Shown here one piece after another: positions 38,966-51,700 of a stretch of 64,000 bases of DNA. Below the pieces are notes generated by a model. That model had not been told where the DNA came from, did not search any database, and saw nothing but the letters and a program-made list of their open reading frames with translations. A program made the position numbers and the translations under genes. Source of the stretch: Okamejei kenojei (Eukaryota); NCBI GenBank assembly GCA_035221665.1, contig CM069159.1, forward strand, positions 19,530,001 through 19,594,000. The letters run 5' to 3'. How positions within the stretch are numbered: the first letter of the stretch is position 1; each line of letters opens with the position of its first letter.

Positions 38966-39519
38966 CTGCCCTGCTATTAAAGAATACTGTTGTTTGTTTA
39001 TGTTATTAAATAAACCCTATTACTACATTGAATGCAATGTTACTACTAATGCATTATTTCTCATTCGAGTCAATCAATGCAGTGGGATGCCGAGTTTGTA
39101 ATCTGCGGCATGAAATCACAAAGCTTTGAACTCTTCATGGAATCACTCACGTGACTCCGAAGTAAAATAGTAAGATTAAACGAGAACTTACCAGTTTGAA
39201 GTTTGATCTTGATTTTATGAGGAGTTACGTTGGTGATTACGTGCCCGCCACGCCCAACCCTCTCTCATAAAAGATCACATGGTAGTTCTCGAGTCACTGA
39301 TCTTACTATGTACTTCGGGGTTGTTTTTGTGATTTCTTACCGCTGCTTTGAAGATTGGTGCGCATGCGGCCTGGCGGGTCTTCTTCACGTAATCACCAAC
39401 GTAACTCGTCGTAAAATCAAGATCAAACTTCAAACTGGTAAGTGCTCGTTTAATCTTACGATTGTCTCAGTGTGACCCGGATATGTATATAAATGAAACA
39501 TCAGAAGTTAAATGCAATT

Positions 39520-40075
39520 ACAAAATGCCTTAATTGCAACGGAATCTGAGTACAAAGATAGACACATTTGGTTCCAATTCCGTATGAGTCTGGTGGGACT
39601 GCATCTGAAATATTATGGCTTCCCAATCCAAGAAAGGAATTTACATGATGAAGAGAGAGTAGTTGATTCCTGGAATGGTGACATTGTCATGAGGAGACAT
39701 TAGGCAGACTGGGCCTATACCAATTATATTATATGTGGTACATTGTGATTGCATTGAGGCATTAAAAGTTATTGTCATGGGAAAGTGAGGATGATGTTTC
39801 CCAAGACGAGCATGTTCGGAACCAGCATTTACAGTCTCACAATAAGGAGGTCACCATTCTGGACAGGAAGGAGAAAAAGGACCTTCACCTTGAGGATAAA
39901 GGTGTTTGGAATTCTTACCTGGGTGGGAAGCTTAGTCAGTTGAGAGAGAGATGGGGAGATTTTTTGGATAATAAGGGATATGCAGGAAAGTTGTATTGAG
40001 ATAAAAATATCAAGGCAATGATCTTATTGAAGAGTTGAACAGGTGCAAGGGACCAATGGCCTGCATGTGTTCTTG
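39520..40075 (+). mobile_element. Old CR1 3' fragment
   Basis: Degenerate match to the CR1 RT C-terminus and 3' UTR seen elsewhere in the window. Confidence 0.55.
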
Positions 40076-40572
40076 TGTGATGTGCAGATTGAATGTGAAT
40101 GTTTGCAACTTCTGGTACATTTTCTGTCCATCACCAAGGCCGTAAAAAAATTCCTCGCTGTCTGCACCTGCCGCAGCTGACCTTAGCCCGTGATCTGACA
40201 AATCTCTCATCTGAGTCATTTTTACTTTCAGATGGGGCTGTTGCAATGCTCTCTGACCAGCCCCATGGGCTTCTCTCACCTGTGGTTGAGCCAAACCATG
40301 GTGTTAAGCATTTGGTCTTACACTAAACCTTATTCCCCTTATCATGCACCTATACACTGTGAATGGCTTTGATAGTAATCATGTATTGTCTTTCTGCTCA
40401 CTAGTTAGCTTTTCACTGTACCCTGAGTCTGAGTTTCAATATTCCTCAAATCCACACTGCAGCTTATCTCCTTGCTGTTGTAAACTTGCTTACTACTTAA
40501 TGCATATTATTGGAGAAAACATTTTCATCCATCATTTATATAAAAAGTATAAACGGCTATTTTAAGGCTTAC

Positions 40573-40597
40573 CTCCATTTGCACAAGCAGTCCCGAT
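40573..40597 (-). CDS. 25-nt cytoplasmic exon of receptor gene 2 (DRDCLCKWR)
   Basis: ttttattgtatag acceptor and GAG|gtaagc donor; phase 1 to 2, bridging the TM and terminal exons. Confidence 0.55.
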
Positions 40598-41717
40598 CTA
40601 TACAATAAAAACAAGGACACATTATTAGAGAAATTCTCCCATACGTGTCATTTTTTTCATCTGAAATCTGATTTTCATAATATAGAAAATGTGTTTTTAT
40701 TCAATGCTCTAACACATTTATTGATAGTCGTAAAACATGGATACAGGCTCTTCAGCCCAACCTATCAATGCTGACCGAGATGTCCCATCAAGGTAGTCCC
40801 AATTGCCTGGCCCAGATTCCTCTAAACGTTTCCAACCTATGTACATGTTCAAATGTTTTTGAAGTGTTGCTATAAAATGCGTTTGGACAATGACATGTGT
40901 GGTGCTTTTTGTTTACATTGATGCAATAACACCCCAGAATCCTTCACCTCCACAATCCTGCCGACTGCTGCTATTTGTATAACCTTGCTGATTATTCCAA
41001 ATTTTCAACAGGGAAATTCCATTTAAGAATCTTTCCTCTTAGCGATTTTTCAATGTCAAAAAGGAAAATATTAACTAAATGTGAGAAAGTTAGGCATGAT
41101 TTCACATGGGATATTTTGTAACTCTTTGTGACTGGAGTGGCCTGTTTAGAACTGGACGTAACTTTACAACAGACATTGATATTAACTATTGTGAGCACCG
41201 TGACTACACTGTAAGATTCCTATGTTACCTTGCCTTTCGAAATCATTCCTTAGTCCCATGCAAGATCAGCTTGTTGATAATATTTCAATTTCCTTTTTTC
41301 TAGTTTAAAACTCTGCATTTCAAAAATCAGCCCATTATCTGCAACTTTCTGGATGATTAATATTTAAGTTTACCATCAACCTTTCAAATGATCACTTAAT
41401 TTGACTCAACTGTTCTACACTGAGTAGAATGCTCATCCATCATTTTTGTAGGACCATCTCTCTGATTATTGCATGTTGCCACACTCTATTCAACTTAATA
41501 ATGGAGCTGACTATCGTAGAAATACTTATTCCATAGGTATCATACCTTGAATTATTTTGTCATTCAAATTCTTTTACTTAAATAAATAATCACATCAAGT
41601 GGGGAATGTTTAGGAAAGAACTGCTGATACTGGTTCAATTTGAAGGTGGGCACAGATTGCTGGTGTAACACAGCGGGACAGGCAGCATCTCTGGAGGCAA
41701 AAAAATGCTGATGAACA

Positions 41718-41752
41718 GTCTGAAGAAGGGTCTCGACCCGAAACGTCACCCA
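41718..41752 (+). ncRNA. Minimal type I hammerhead ribozyme core in a Penelope-derived repeat
   Basis: gtCTGAAGAa-GGGTctcgACCC-GAAA-cGTC-ac: intact CUGANGA and GAAA boxes, stem II and GUC site; stem I only 2 bp in this copy. Confidence 0.65.
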
Positions 41753-41871
41753 TTCATTCCTTCTCTCCAGAGATGCTGCCTGTCCCGCCGAGTTACTCCA
41801 ACATTTTGTGTCTACCTAAGTGGTGAATATTAATAGCTATTAAAACTTCTGCTTCACATTTGTTTGTTTAC

Positions 41872-41961
41872 CAGTTAATTTGCCTTTCCTGCAGCAGAGC
41901 AGTAACAAAATCACAGTCGTCACGAAGATTGGCACCGTTACAAATCGGACGGGGAAATGAT
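41872..41961 (-). CDS. Transmembrane exon of receptor gene 2 (HFPVRFVTVPIFVTTVILLLLCCRKGKLT)
   Basis: ttttttgttgtcttacag acceptor and G|gtaaac donor; 90 nt, phase 1-1; 18-residue hydrophobic run followed by RKGK. Confidence 0.75.
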
Positions 41962-41992
41962 CTGTAAGACAACAAAAAATTGGGTTTCATAT

Positions 41993-42200
41993 GGACTGTC
42001 CCACTTACGCGATTTTTTGTACGACTGCCAGCACCTGTCATAGTCGCATCAGGTCACCGAAAATGTTCAAAATGTTGAAAATCCAGCAGCGACCAGAAAA
42101 AGATACGACTCTTCGGGTGACTACTCACGACCATACAGGCGTCACCCTGCGACATGTGATGCCGGCAGTCGCCGAAAAAATCGTGTAAGTGGGACAGGCC
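41993..42200. mobile_element. Harbinger-type MITE
   Basis: TIRs ggactgtcccacttacgcgattttt / aaaaatcgtgtaagtgggacaggcc. Confidence 0.7.
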
Positions 42201-42639
42201 TATTATGGTTTGCTTCAGTATAAAAGAACGCTGGCAAATATCAGTTAAATTGCCTTCCTTGTGTATTGATTCAGTGCAGTATTAATATCACGAATTGTAA
42301 ATTCATTTCTCATTAATGCTGCTGTAGGTTCTCCATGCCATTATTTGAAAAATAGGATTGTATCAGCCCATCTAGGTTTAGATTTCTTATTGCCATGTTT
42401 ACTGAGGTACACTGAAAAGCTTTGTTTTGCTGACACAACACAGATCAGATATGCTGCACATAAATACAATCACATCAAACTCAAGCACAATAAATAAAGC
42501 AAGGGAGAAGATGCAAAGTGCAGAATATAGTTCTCAGCATTGTAGCACATCAGTTTCATACAAAGCCCATGATAGTAAGTTTGCAGATGATATCAAGATT
42601 ACTGGGTAAATGGACTGTGAAGAAGGATGCCAAAGTTTA

Positions 42640-43290
42640 CATTATTTTGGCAGTTTTTCTGAGACAAAGTGAAGTGTAGATGGAATCAATAGTGCGAAGT
42701 CTGGTCTGTATGATGGTCTGGGTACATCTACTATTCTCTGCCATTTCTTGCGGCCTGGGCAGAACTTCTCCCAAACCATGCAGTGTTGCAACCCAACAGT
42801 AGGCTTTCTATGGTGCTTTTGTGGACGTTTGTAAGAGTCATTGAATAATATTATATTATAAGTCATTGAACTAATAATATTAAAGGCAAGAAAATTGAAG
42901 ATCTCAACCATTTTCACTTGATTGATGGTGATTTGGGCATGTTTTGCACCACACTTTCAGACATTGATAACGAACTCACTCATCTTACGAACATTGAGGG
43001 AGAGGTTATTGTCAATATGTATAGACTTCTGTCCATATTGTCCTAATGCCATTTTACTAAGTACTCTATCTCCTTCCATTCTTGTCATTGTTCATGTTCC
43101 AGCCCATCACAGTGGTGTCATCATCAAATCTGTGGATGGACTTCGATCCGAATTTGGCCGTACAGTCGTTAGTGCATCGGGAGTACAGTAAGGGACTGAG
43201 AAAGCATCCTTGCAGGGTGCTGATATTGACAATTATTGTGGAAGAGGTGTTGTCAGATTGTAGTCTAGACATCAGAAAATCAAGACTCAT
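42640..43290 (-). mobile_element. Rex1/Babar LINE RT fragment
   Basis: QGCFLSPLLYS..DC..F(A)DDTTVMG. Confidence 0.7.
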
Positions 43291-43454
43291 TGAGGAATTT
43301 TTGCGCTGTAAATAATTGTGGAAATCGGGCTAGCCGTGAGAGACATTTATCCTACTTCAGGATTCCAAAAGTGAAGAGAAATTATGGTAGAGAGAAGCGA
43401 CACAGCTGATGGGACAACAACAGCTAAAGTGGTTGGCGAACATTGGCAATGTAG

Positions 43455-45782
43455 ATATCAAGATTGAAAATATTGAGGGGTATTAATCTCCTCTCAGGCT
43501 TTTCTTAACAAAGAGAATAGAGCTAAACAACAGACATTGGAATTGGAAATAAGACAATTAGACATAGATAATGCAAGAGCACCTTCATAATAAACATAAT
43601 AAAATAGCTGCAGTGAAATATAAGTTAAATAAAATATACTCTGACCAAATAATAAAACTTTATCAACATAGAAAACAATTAAATTTTGAATTTGGTGATA
43701 AACCACATAAATTATTGGCATGCCAGCTTCGAAAACTGGATGGAGAAAAAATGATTCATAAGATTAGATCAGAAAAGGGAAAAATACTAACACTCCCCAA
43801 AGATATTAATGACAGATTTTTACAATACTATCAAGATCTTTATTCAACTAAAGTGACACAACAATCAATAGGAATGGAAGCATTTTTTCAGAAATGCAAC
43901 CTTAAAGGCTTAGATCTGCAAGAACAAGAATTATTAGGAGCTGAAATAACGACCAAAGATATTGAAGAGTCAATTAGATCTTTAAAAAATGGAAAGGCCG
44001 CCGGCCCTGATGGCCTAAGTTCTGAATTCTATAAAAAAATTTATGATCTGATTTCTCCACGCTTACAAATACTGTATAAACATGTTTATACTCAACAGCA
44101 ACTCCCGGAAACCTTAAATGAATCTACAATAATACTTATACCTAAAATTGATAAGGATCTAGAAGACCCGGCCTCATATAGAGCAATAGCTCTATTAAAT
44201 ACTGATCAGAAGATATTAACTAAAATCCTTTCTAATAGATTGAGCTTAGCAATTAACAAATTAATACACCCTGATCAAACAGGTTTTATCCCAAAACGTC
44301 ATTCATTTTATAATCTTAGACGATTGTTTAATATATATTCAAACAGAATTGCTAATGTAGATCTAGCAATTATATCGCTAGATGCTGAAAAAACCTTTGA
44401 TCAAGTAGATGGCCATATTTATTTTCAGTGATGGAAAAATTTCAATTGGGAGAGAAGTACTGCGCATGGGTTAAATTGTTATATTCTAACCCAACAGCTA
44501 GAATACTAACAAATCAAATGTTATCAACTAAATTTAATCTTTCCAGAGGTTGTAGACAAGGATGTTCATTATCTACATTATTATTCGCTTTAGCAATTGA
44601 ACCATTTGCAGAAAATGTCAGATCTAATCCAGAAATACATGGGTACAATACTAAAGATACAATGAATAAAATTTCTCTATATGCAGATGATGTACTAATA
44701 TATATTACAAAGCCGGAAATTAGTATTCCAAATTTATTAAATCTAATAACTCAATTCGGTCATTTCTCAGGATATAGAATTAATTGGAATAAAAGCGAAA
44801 TCATGTCAATAACGGATCATAATATACATATCCTACAACAATCACCTTTTAAAACAGTTGACGAAAAATTTAAATATCTAGGTATTTATGTAACTAAGGG
44901 GTATAGTTCTTTATTTAAATCAAATTTTCCACCTTTAATGAATAAACTAAATAAGAATATTCAATACTGGAAAACACTTCCTATTTCAATGTTCGGTAGA
45001 ATTAATGCTATAAAAATGATTTTTCTACTGCAATTATTGTACTTATTTCAATCAATCCCGATATATATTCCAAAATCGTTTTTTTTTTAAAAGTAGACTC
45101 TACTGTTACAAGTTTCATCTGGGACTACAAGAATCATAGAATAAATAAAAAACATTTATGTAAAGCAAAGATTAATGGAGGTTTAGCTCTACCAAACTTT
45201 TTGTTTTATTTCTGGGCAGTTTATATTAAAAACATGAATTTTTGGCTGGAAGAAATGGATCAACAACCAGAATGGTTAAGGATGGAAAAGGAGGATTGTC
45301 TACCTTTTGAAATCGGTTCGATTATATTTGCACCGACAAAATTGCACAAAAAAACTTATGGGGAAAACCCTATAATATATAGTGGTATACGAATCTGGAA
45401 ACAACTTAAAAAGGCTCTAAAACTGGATAATATACCACTCTATCTCCCTATTGTAAACAATCCCTTATTCAAACCCTCCATGCTAGATAAAGGCTTTATA
45501 CAATGGAAAAAACTATGGAATCAAAAAGGGTGGAACACCTTTACAAGAAAGGCACTTATCTCTCATTTCAGGAACTGCAACAGATTTATGGGTTACACTC
45601 AAATATTTTTTTTCGATATCTACAACTCAGAGATTATGTTAGGTCAAATACACAAGATTATAGGAATAGGGAACCAGAAAATCTTAGATGAATGTCTGAA
45701 TAAGCATCCTAACACAGAAAAATTAATAACTTATATTTACAACACCCTTTTAGATAGTGAGATATCATCAACGGAATCACGT
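43455..45782 (+). mobile_element. L1-clade LINE ORF2 fragment
   Basis: KAAGPDG, SYRAIALLNTDQKIL, DAEKTFD, GCRQGC, LYADD, KYLGI; frameshifts. Confidence 0.92.
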
Positions 45783-46151
45783 AAACACCTATTTTTGCTT
45801 CTTCATTCCTGGTTATTGTGTGTAGATTGATGATTTAAAAAAAAATCAATTTTAAAATATAGCTGTAACGTAAAGAAATGTTTATAAAGTGCAGGGGTTT
45901 AAATGCACTGTAAATGCTGGTATTTAAGCATGTTCCTTGGTGTGGTGGCAACGCTTAAAGATTTTAACACAGAAAAGATTGATGTGAATGCCAATTGTTT
46001 TGTTCATTAAATTAGTGAGCTTTTATCATGCATTTCTATGATATGAAATTTTAAACAAAATAAACATATTTTGAAAATTTTCCGTTAAAATGTGACGTGT
46101 CTAGTAAGAATAGCCTAAGGTCCATTTAAGTTTGCCTTCTCCCCAATACAA

Positions 46152-46204
46152 ATGGCTACATGTTCATTTTTGATTCTTCAGTTCTCGATGGAGCTTTCCA
46201 CAAG
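46152..46204 (+). pseudogene. Inverted paralog of the candidate leader exon (MATCSFLILQF..)
   Basis: 46115-46204 (+) is homologous to 10977-11075 (-); AG|gtcaga donor. Confidence 0.35.
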
Positions 46205-47419
46205 GTCAGAAGGAAGATAATTATGACTGCATGCAATGGAGGAATGTATTCCTTCAATAGCTAAATAATGCTTTTTGCAACAGACTGCAAGGGAAAGACA
46301 TTACGTTACACCAGCAAAGTCTCAACCCGCAGTGTCAACCATCCTTTTGCTTCCACAGATGCTGCCTGACCCATTGAATTCCTCCAGCAGTTTGTTTATT
46401 GCTCCAGCTGCCAGCATCCACAGTCTCTCGTGTCTCCATTTTACATTACCTGAGGATGGATGTGAGCATCAGTGGTGGGTGGGCATATGGTGACACAAAA
46501 ATCTGAGGCCAATTATTATTTATTGTGTGTAATGTGCCTGTAATGCAGCCGCAAGTAAGATTTTCATTGTTCCAGTTCATAAGTGGTTGAGATGATAAAG
46601 TTATGGGATTATCACAACATGGTAAGTAGGTAGGTAACACACCCAGCATCTGATTTATTTTCCAGACTGCCACAGAGCGAGTTTGCTTCTGCTGCTTGCT
46701 TGATTGCTTCTGCTCATTGTCATATCAGGAACCTGAGATTAATTTTATTTACCATTCACATTGCAGCAATGTCTTTGGGCAGAGTGTGCTTTCATTATTA
46801 AAGACGGTCAACTGCAAAAAAAAAATTGACCAAAATAATAGCTTAGCAACACATTATGCTCTGTGAAAAACCAAGGCTTTGCTTTTGCACATGAAGATGA
46901 GTGATAAGAGAGGAAGAGATGTGTCTTGCATCTTGTCATTCTGCTTGTCTACAGAGCTACTGCATTCACAATATTGTTGTAAAATCATACTTGAACAGAC
47001 CGCTCATTTGCTAAGGATGATTTCTACTCATTGCAGCTCTTACAAATATTTTTTAGCTGCATTTTCTTGGCAGCTATAACACTATAGCTGCACTCTGTTT
47101 ATTTTCTCTTGCACTACCTAATGCACTTGTATAGTATGAATTGTGTGGATGAAACACAAAACAACATTTTTGACTATCTTATACATATGACAATAGTAAC
47201 TAAACTAAATTCTAAAAAGCTTTTAGAAATATGGACTTGAAGCAGTATTTTGTTTATACTCGGCATGTAGTTAACTTAGTTCGATAACAGAGAGCACACA
47301 CTAATAAGTTATTGATGTTTACAGTTCTCCTAACATTATAGATGTATAATTCCCCTGAACTGACTTCACAATGATGACCTCCTGAATTAAAATCCACATA
47401 CATTGCAGCTTTAACGTCG

Positions 47420-48020
47420 TGGAGCTGGCGGTCCCTTTGTTAGGGATTGATTGCGAGAACTCCAACTGCAGGAGCTTCGACTGCCCCAATCGCAGGAGCT
47501 GCGATCACCCCGATGTGGATGCTTTGATTACCGACTGCGGGAGCTTCGATCGCCCCAACTGCGAAGGTGTCGATTGCCCCCACCGCGGGAGAAAAGGAGT
47601 GGGGAATGTGAGGTTGCCGAAAAAACAAGATGGACGTGCTACCAACACTGGTGAGGACTCTGTGGGAGTGCCGTGAATGCAGTGATCTCAGTTTTTTTGC
47701 GGGGACATGGCTCCATGAGGACATCCCGGAGTCTAGTGCGAATGTGATCGGCTTTCTGACTGTTCGGGCGGACAAAGACTGTAGAGAGAGTGACAGCAGT
47801 CAGTGCAACTCTGGTCACATCACGGTGAAGGAGCGTGCGTGTGTGGCTCAAACATTGAACTGAAGGCTGTGGGTCTCCACTTATGCTGTGTGCCCTGAGG
47901 ATTCTCACATGCTATTGTGGTGGCTGTTTATGTTTAATTTTTATGTGGTTATATGTATCTTGTGGTTTTTTTTGTATGACTATTGGCAAATCAAATTCCT
48001 TGTTTGCTTACTTACTTGGC
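47420..48020 (+). mobile_element. Rex1/L2-type LINE fragment (APE endonuclease remnant)
   Basis: FAGTWLHEDIPES..GFLTVRADKD..HITVKER. Confidence 0.6.
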
Positions 48021-48790
48021 TAATAAATTAATTGCAATTATAATTACAATTATTTTAATGACAGAAAAAGTGTTTAACCACCAGGAAAGTAGGTCAACAT
48101 TATGGCATCGAGGGACCAAATCTTTTATCATATAGGTGACCTGGAAACAGACAGGAATTAAGAAGAGAGTTGAAGTGCCATCAATGAGGAAGAGCTGTGC
48201 AAAACCTACTTTCATATTTAAGTGCAAACTGCACATTCTATTGTAAATTTAATCTGCTACTTGCTTGTCCAAGTCCTGTGTTTATATATCCTCCGCAGTA
48301 AGACTGAAAAAAGCATAATTCTATTTCAGGACTCTCCGATGTGCTGCACACTTTTGAAGTGGAGTCGTATTGTGATGCAGAAATTGTGGAAATCCAAGTT
48401 GCATGGAGTGGGATCCCACAGTGAGTAAAGAGTGAAAACTCAATCTGTTGTTTAAAGATTAGTGTGCGGCAGCGTTAAGAGGTTGTTAATGGGGGTACTG
48501 ATTTTGGATGATCAACCATCATCATATTGAATGACAGAGTTGGCTCAAAGGGTCGAACGGCCTACTCCTGCACCTATTTTATATGTTTCCAATATTGCCT
48601 CATTTATCAAACAGAGTATCTGATTTTAACTGAAATATGTCATCTCAATCTGCTTTTCATTTTCTAAAGGAACAACTGATTGCCAACACCTTTCCTTCAC
48701 AAATTACCCTTTTATTGATCACTTTATTTTGATCTACATTTTTTTAATCTTCCCTTCAATTCAATTTTATAATACTGCACCACAAGTCCA

Positions 48791-51700
48791 ATTTTACTTC
48801 GGAGTCACGTGAGTGACTACGTGAAGAACCCGCCTGGCGCTGGCAAACGGCATTACGTCGACGCTGACAGCAGAAGCAGGAGCTGCACAGACAGCTCCTC
48901 GACAGCGGTAGGTTCGGAACCGGCAGGTAAGTGCTGTTGAAAAAATTTTTTAGGACTAGAAAACTCCGTGCCTGGTGGAAACCAGGATTTTAAAGGTTTT
49001 AAAAACTAACTAAAAGTTTAATTTGAACAGATATACTCTGTTAAAATAACGGAGTTTTAAAAAGAACGTCCCAGGGGAATACCCAGCGATCGGGACGAGA
49101 GATTAATTACGGGGCCGGTTCCGATACTGGTACCGTTTAAAATACGGTAGAAAGGTTTAAATGCTCCACAATTTTGGCAGGATATTTTAAAAGTCAGAAA
49201 GACTGTATTTTTAAAAAAAAGTTAATAAAATTCGCGATATGGAGAAAGTACTCCATAATATAAAAAGAGACTAGGGTCACAGTACCCAAACAGTTCCCCA
49301 AAAAAGACCCTGAGGGGCTTGAATGTACTAAAGACCAGGTCACAGTACCCAAACAGTTCCCCAAAAAAGACCCTGAGGGGCTTGAATATACAAAATATGG
49401 CTATGTGCCAAATTGAGAAATAAAAACTCTGACCCTGGATAGGGTGGAGGAAGTCTCTTTGGATATAATCCCAACTGGATCAGGGCTGCAAAAGACAGAC
49501 CCTGCAAGTGGTGATGTGAATTATGAATGCACACCACAAATAAAATAAAAATAAAAGTGAGGCCAGGTGTGCCTGAGATAGCAAAAGTTTTTGCTATATC
49601 TAAAGGAAGTGGTGAGGCTATGGAAAAACCTAGCTGCCTACATTAATTATATGGTATCTCACCAACTTCAAGAATACGATAAAACTTCATGTTTTATTTA
49701 AATATCAATGGTTAATCCATTTATAAATATCCATGTCTCAAATATATGAGATATAAGAAATACAATTTCAAAGTTTCAAAATGGTGCAAATATGTAATAC
49801 TTGCAATATAAAATAAATTGCCATTAGTTGTGGAGCTTAATAGGAAGAAATATATATATAATTTACCGAATCTGCATCATAGGGTTGCAGATTAATACAA
49901 ATCAGGATATATTAAACTCCTGATTATTATAGAATACCTGCCTTATGATAAATCAAAGATATTAATTACAAAAGAACAGACCACTGATCTTTAAACTTTG
50001 GGAAGGAAAACTATGATCCAATAAAAATTTTGATTATGGATCAAAACAAAGACAAAGATCTTTTATCTTACGGTGAAAAAACTATGATCCAATGAAAAAT
50101 TTGATGATGGATCAAAATAAAGGCAGAAGTGGTATTATCCAAACATAGCCTTATCTTAACCTATAAAATTGGGGAAAAGAAGGCTTGATGTACGTTGAAG
50201 AGGTGCAAAACATCTGGTTACAAAATAAGTAATGAAATCTCCAATTATGGGGGATTACAGGTGTATTATGATGGTTAAAACTTAATATAACTAAGGAGGA
50301 TTGGTTCACCTGTATAAGGGGAAAACTGATTTCAGGTTTGCACTCAAAAGTAAATTTTAAAAGAAGGGGAACGTACATGTATATTATAAAATTACCTTAG
50401 TGTAAAGATTCATGGTATAAACCATACAATAATATCATTATTTACACTTTCACAGTGTAAGAAAATAGAAACATCTAGAACATAGAAAACTGTTGTGATT
50501 AACAAAGTGTTAATCAATATTACAGGTGCTTGAAATTAATTAAAGTGGGTCAAGCTGTGCAAGTTAAAACTTGTCCAAACAATCAATCAGTTCAAGTTGT
50601 TAAACTGAACACTGAAGGAACAATATACTGATAAAAGATCAGCACTTGCACTAATGAGGTACATGGTATGGGTTATCTCGATTACATTTAAATTAGAAGA
50701 GATAAAGAGCAGCTGCAAATTAGTGCCTACCATGACAAACCTGGTGGAAGGTAGGACTTGACCCACTACATAAAGCATATGCTCAGGCATTAATAAAATA
50801 TTTTTAAATTACTATTCTGAATTCAGAAGTAATTTAAGCACCATAAGAGTGGGGAAAATTGTTCCATGATACAAATATGTATTATTGTTGTTGACATACT
50901 TTGTCCTTCCATTAGGTTAGGGGAAAATATAAATAAAGTTCCAAAAGAAGGAATACAGAAGCTTATAGAATATGTATGCCTTGTGAAGAGGCTTATGCAA
51001 TATATCAAATGATACGTTATCATTATTAGTAATGTAAAAAAGGTTCATAAGCTGCTTCAACTATAAAATTACAACTGAAGCAAGTGTTACAGATGATGTA
51101 CAGCTTCTGTGAATGTTTGGGTAAAGATAAGAATATTATCTATTCTTATAACAATAATTGATATGTTTTTTGTTAAGCGGACTGCAGACAATTATACCAG
51201 GCAAACATAAATGGTTTGTCCTAAGATTTTTCCAAACATTCGTATTAATTGTTGAAGTATAAGGAGTTATGGATAAAAAAGATCGATTGTTTTATTATGG
51301 AACTGTCCATGTCGTATCAAGATGAACAATACCACGGCTGTGGCATATGTTAACTATGGTCAAATTTGGGAGGAAAGTATATTGTCATTATTTTGCATAC
51401 TTACGATTAATCTGGTTGTATACAGATTAAATCACTGATTTTAAATATTTCTTGTGGGTCACAAGATAAGTCAAACAACAATTATGGGATTATCTAAGTA
51501 AACAGATGTGGTATGTTTTAAAATTTAGTCCACCTGTTTATCTCTAAGGAAGAGACAATGGTATCGGAAGATAACAAATTTGGGAAGAAAAACATATTGT
51601 CATTAATATGGATTACTTACGATTAATCTGATTGCATACAGATTAAATCACTGATCTTTCGAATATTCTTGTGGGTAATCTAAGAACAGTGAAGGTGGAT

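Larger units (their letters stand above)
34604..39463 (+). mobile_element. DIRS1-type retrotransposon, copy 2 (defective)
   Basis: ITRs gtgaagaagacccgccaggccgca / gcggcctggcgggtcttcttcac; ICR ~39132-39243; gag, RT, RNase H, MTase-like, YR. Confidence 0.95.

Noticed and set aside
46450-46811. Two exon-like blocks as the ectodomain or hinge of gene 2
   Set aside because: Phases incompatible with each other and with the TM exon; no Ig motifs
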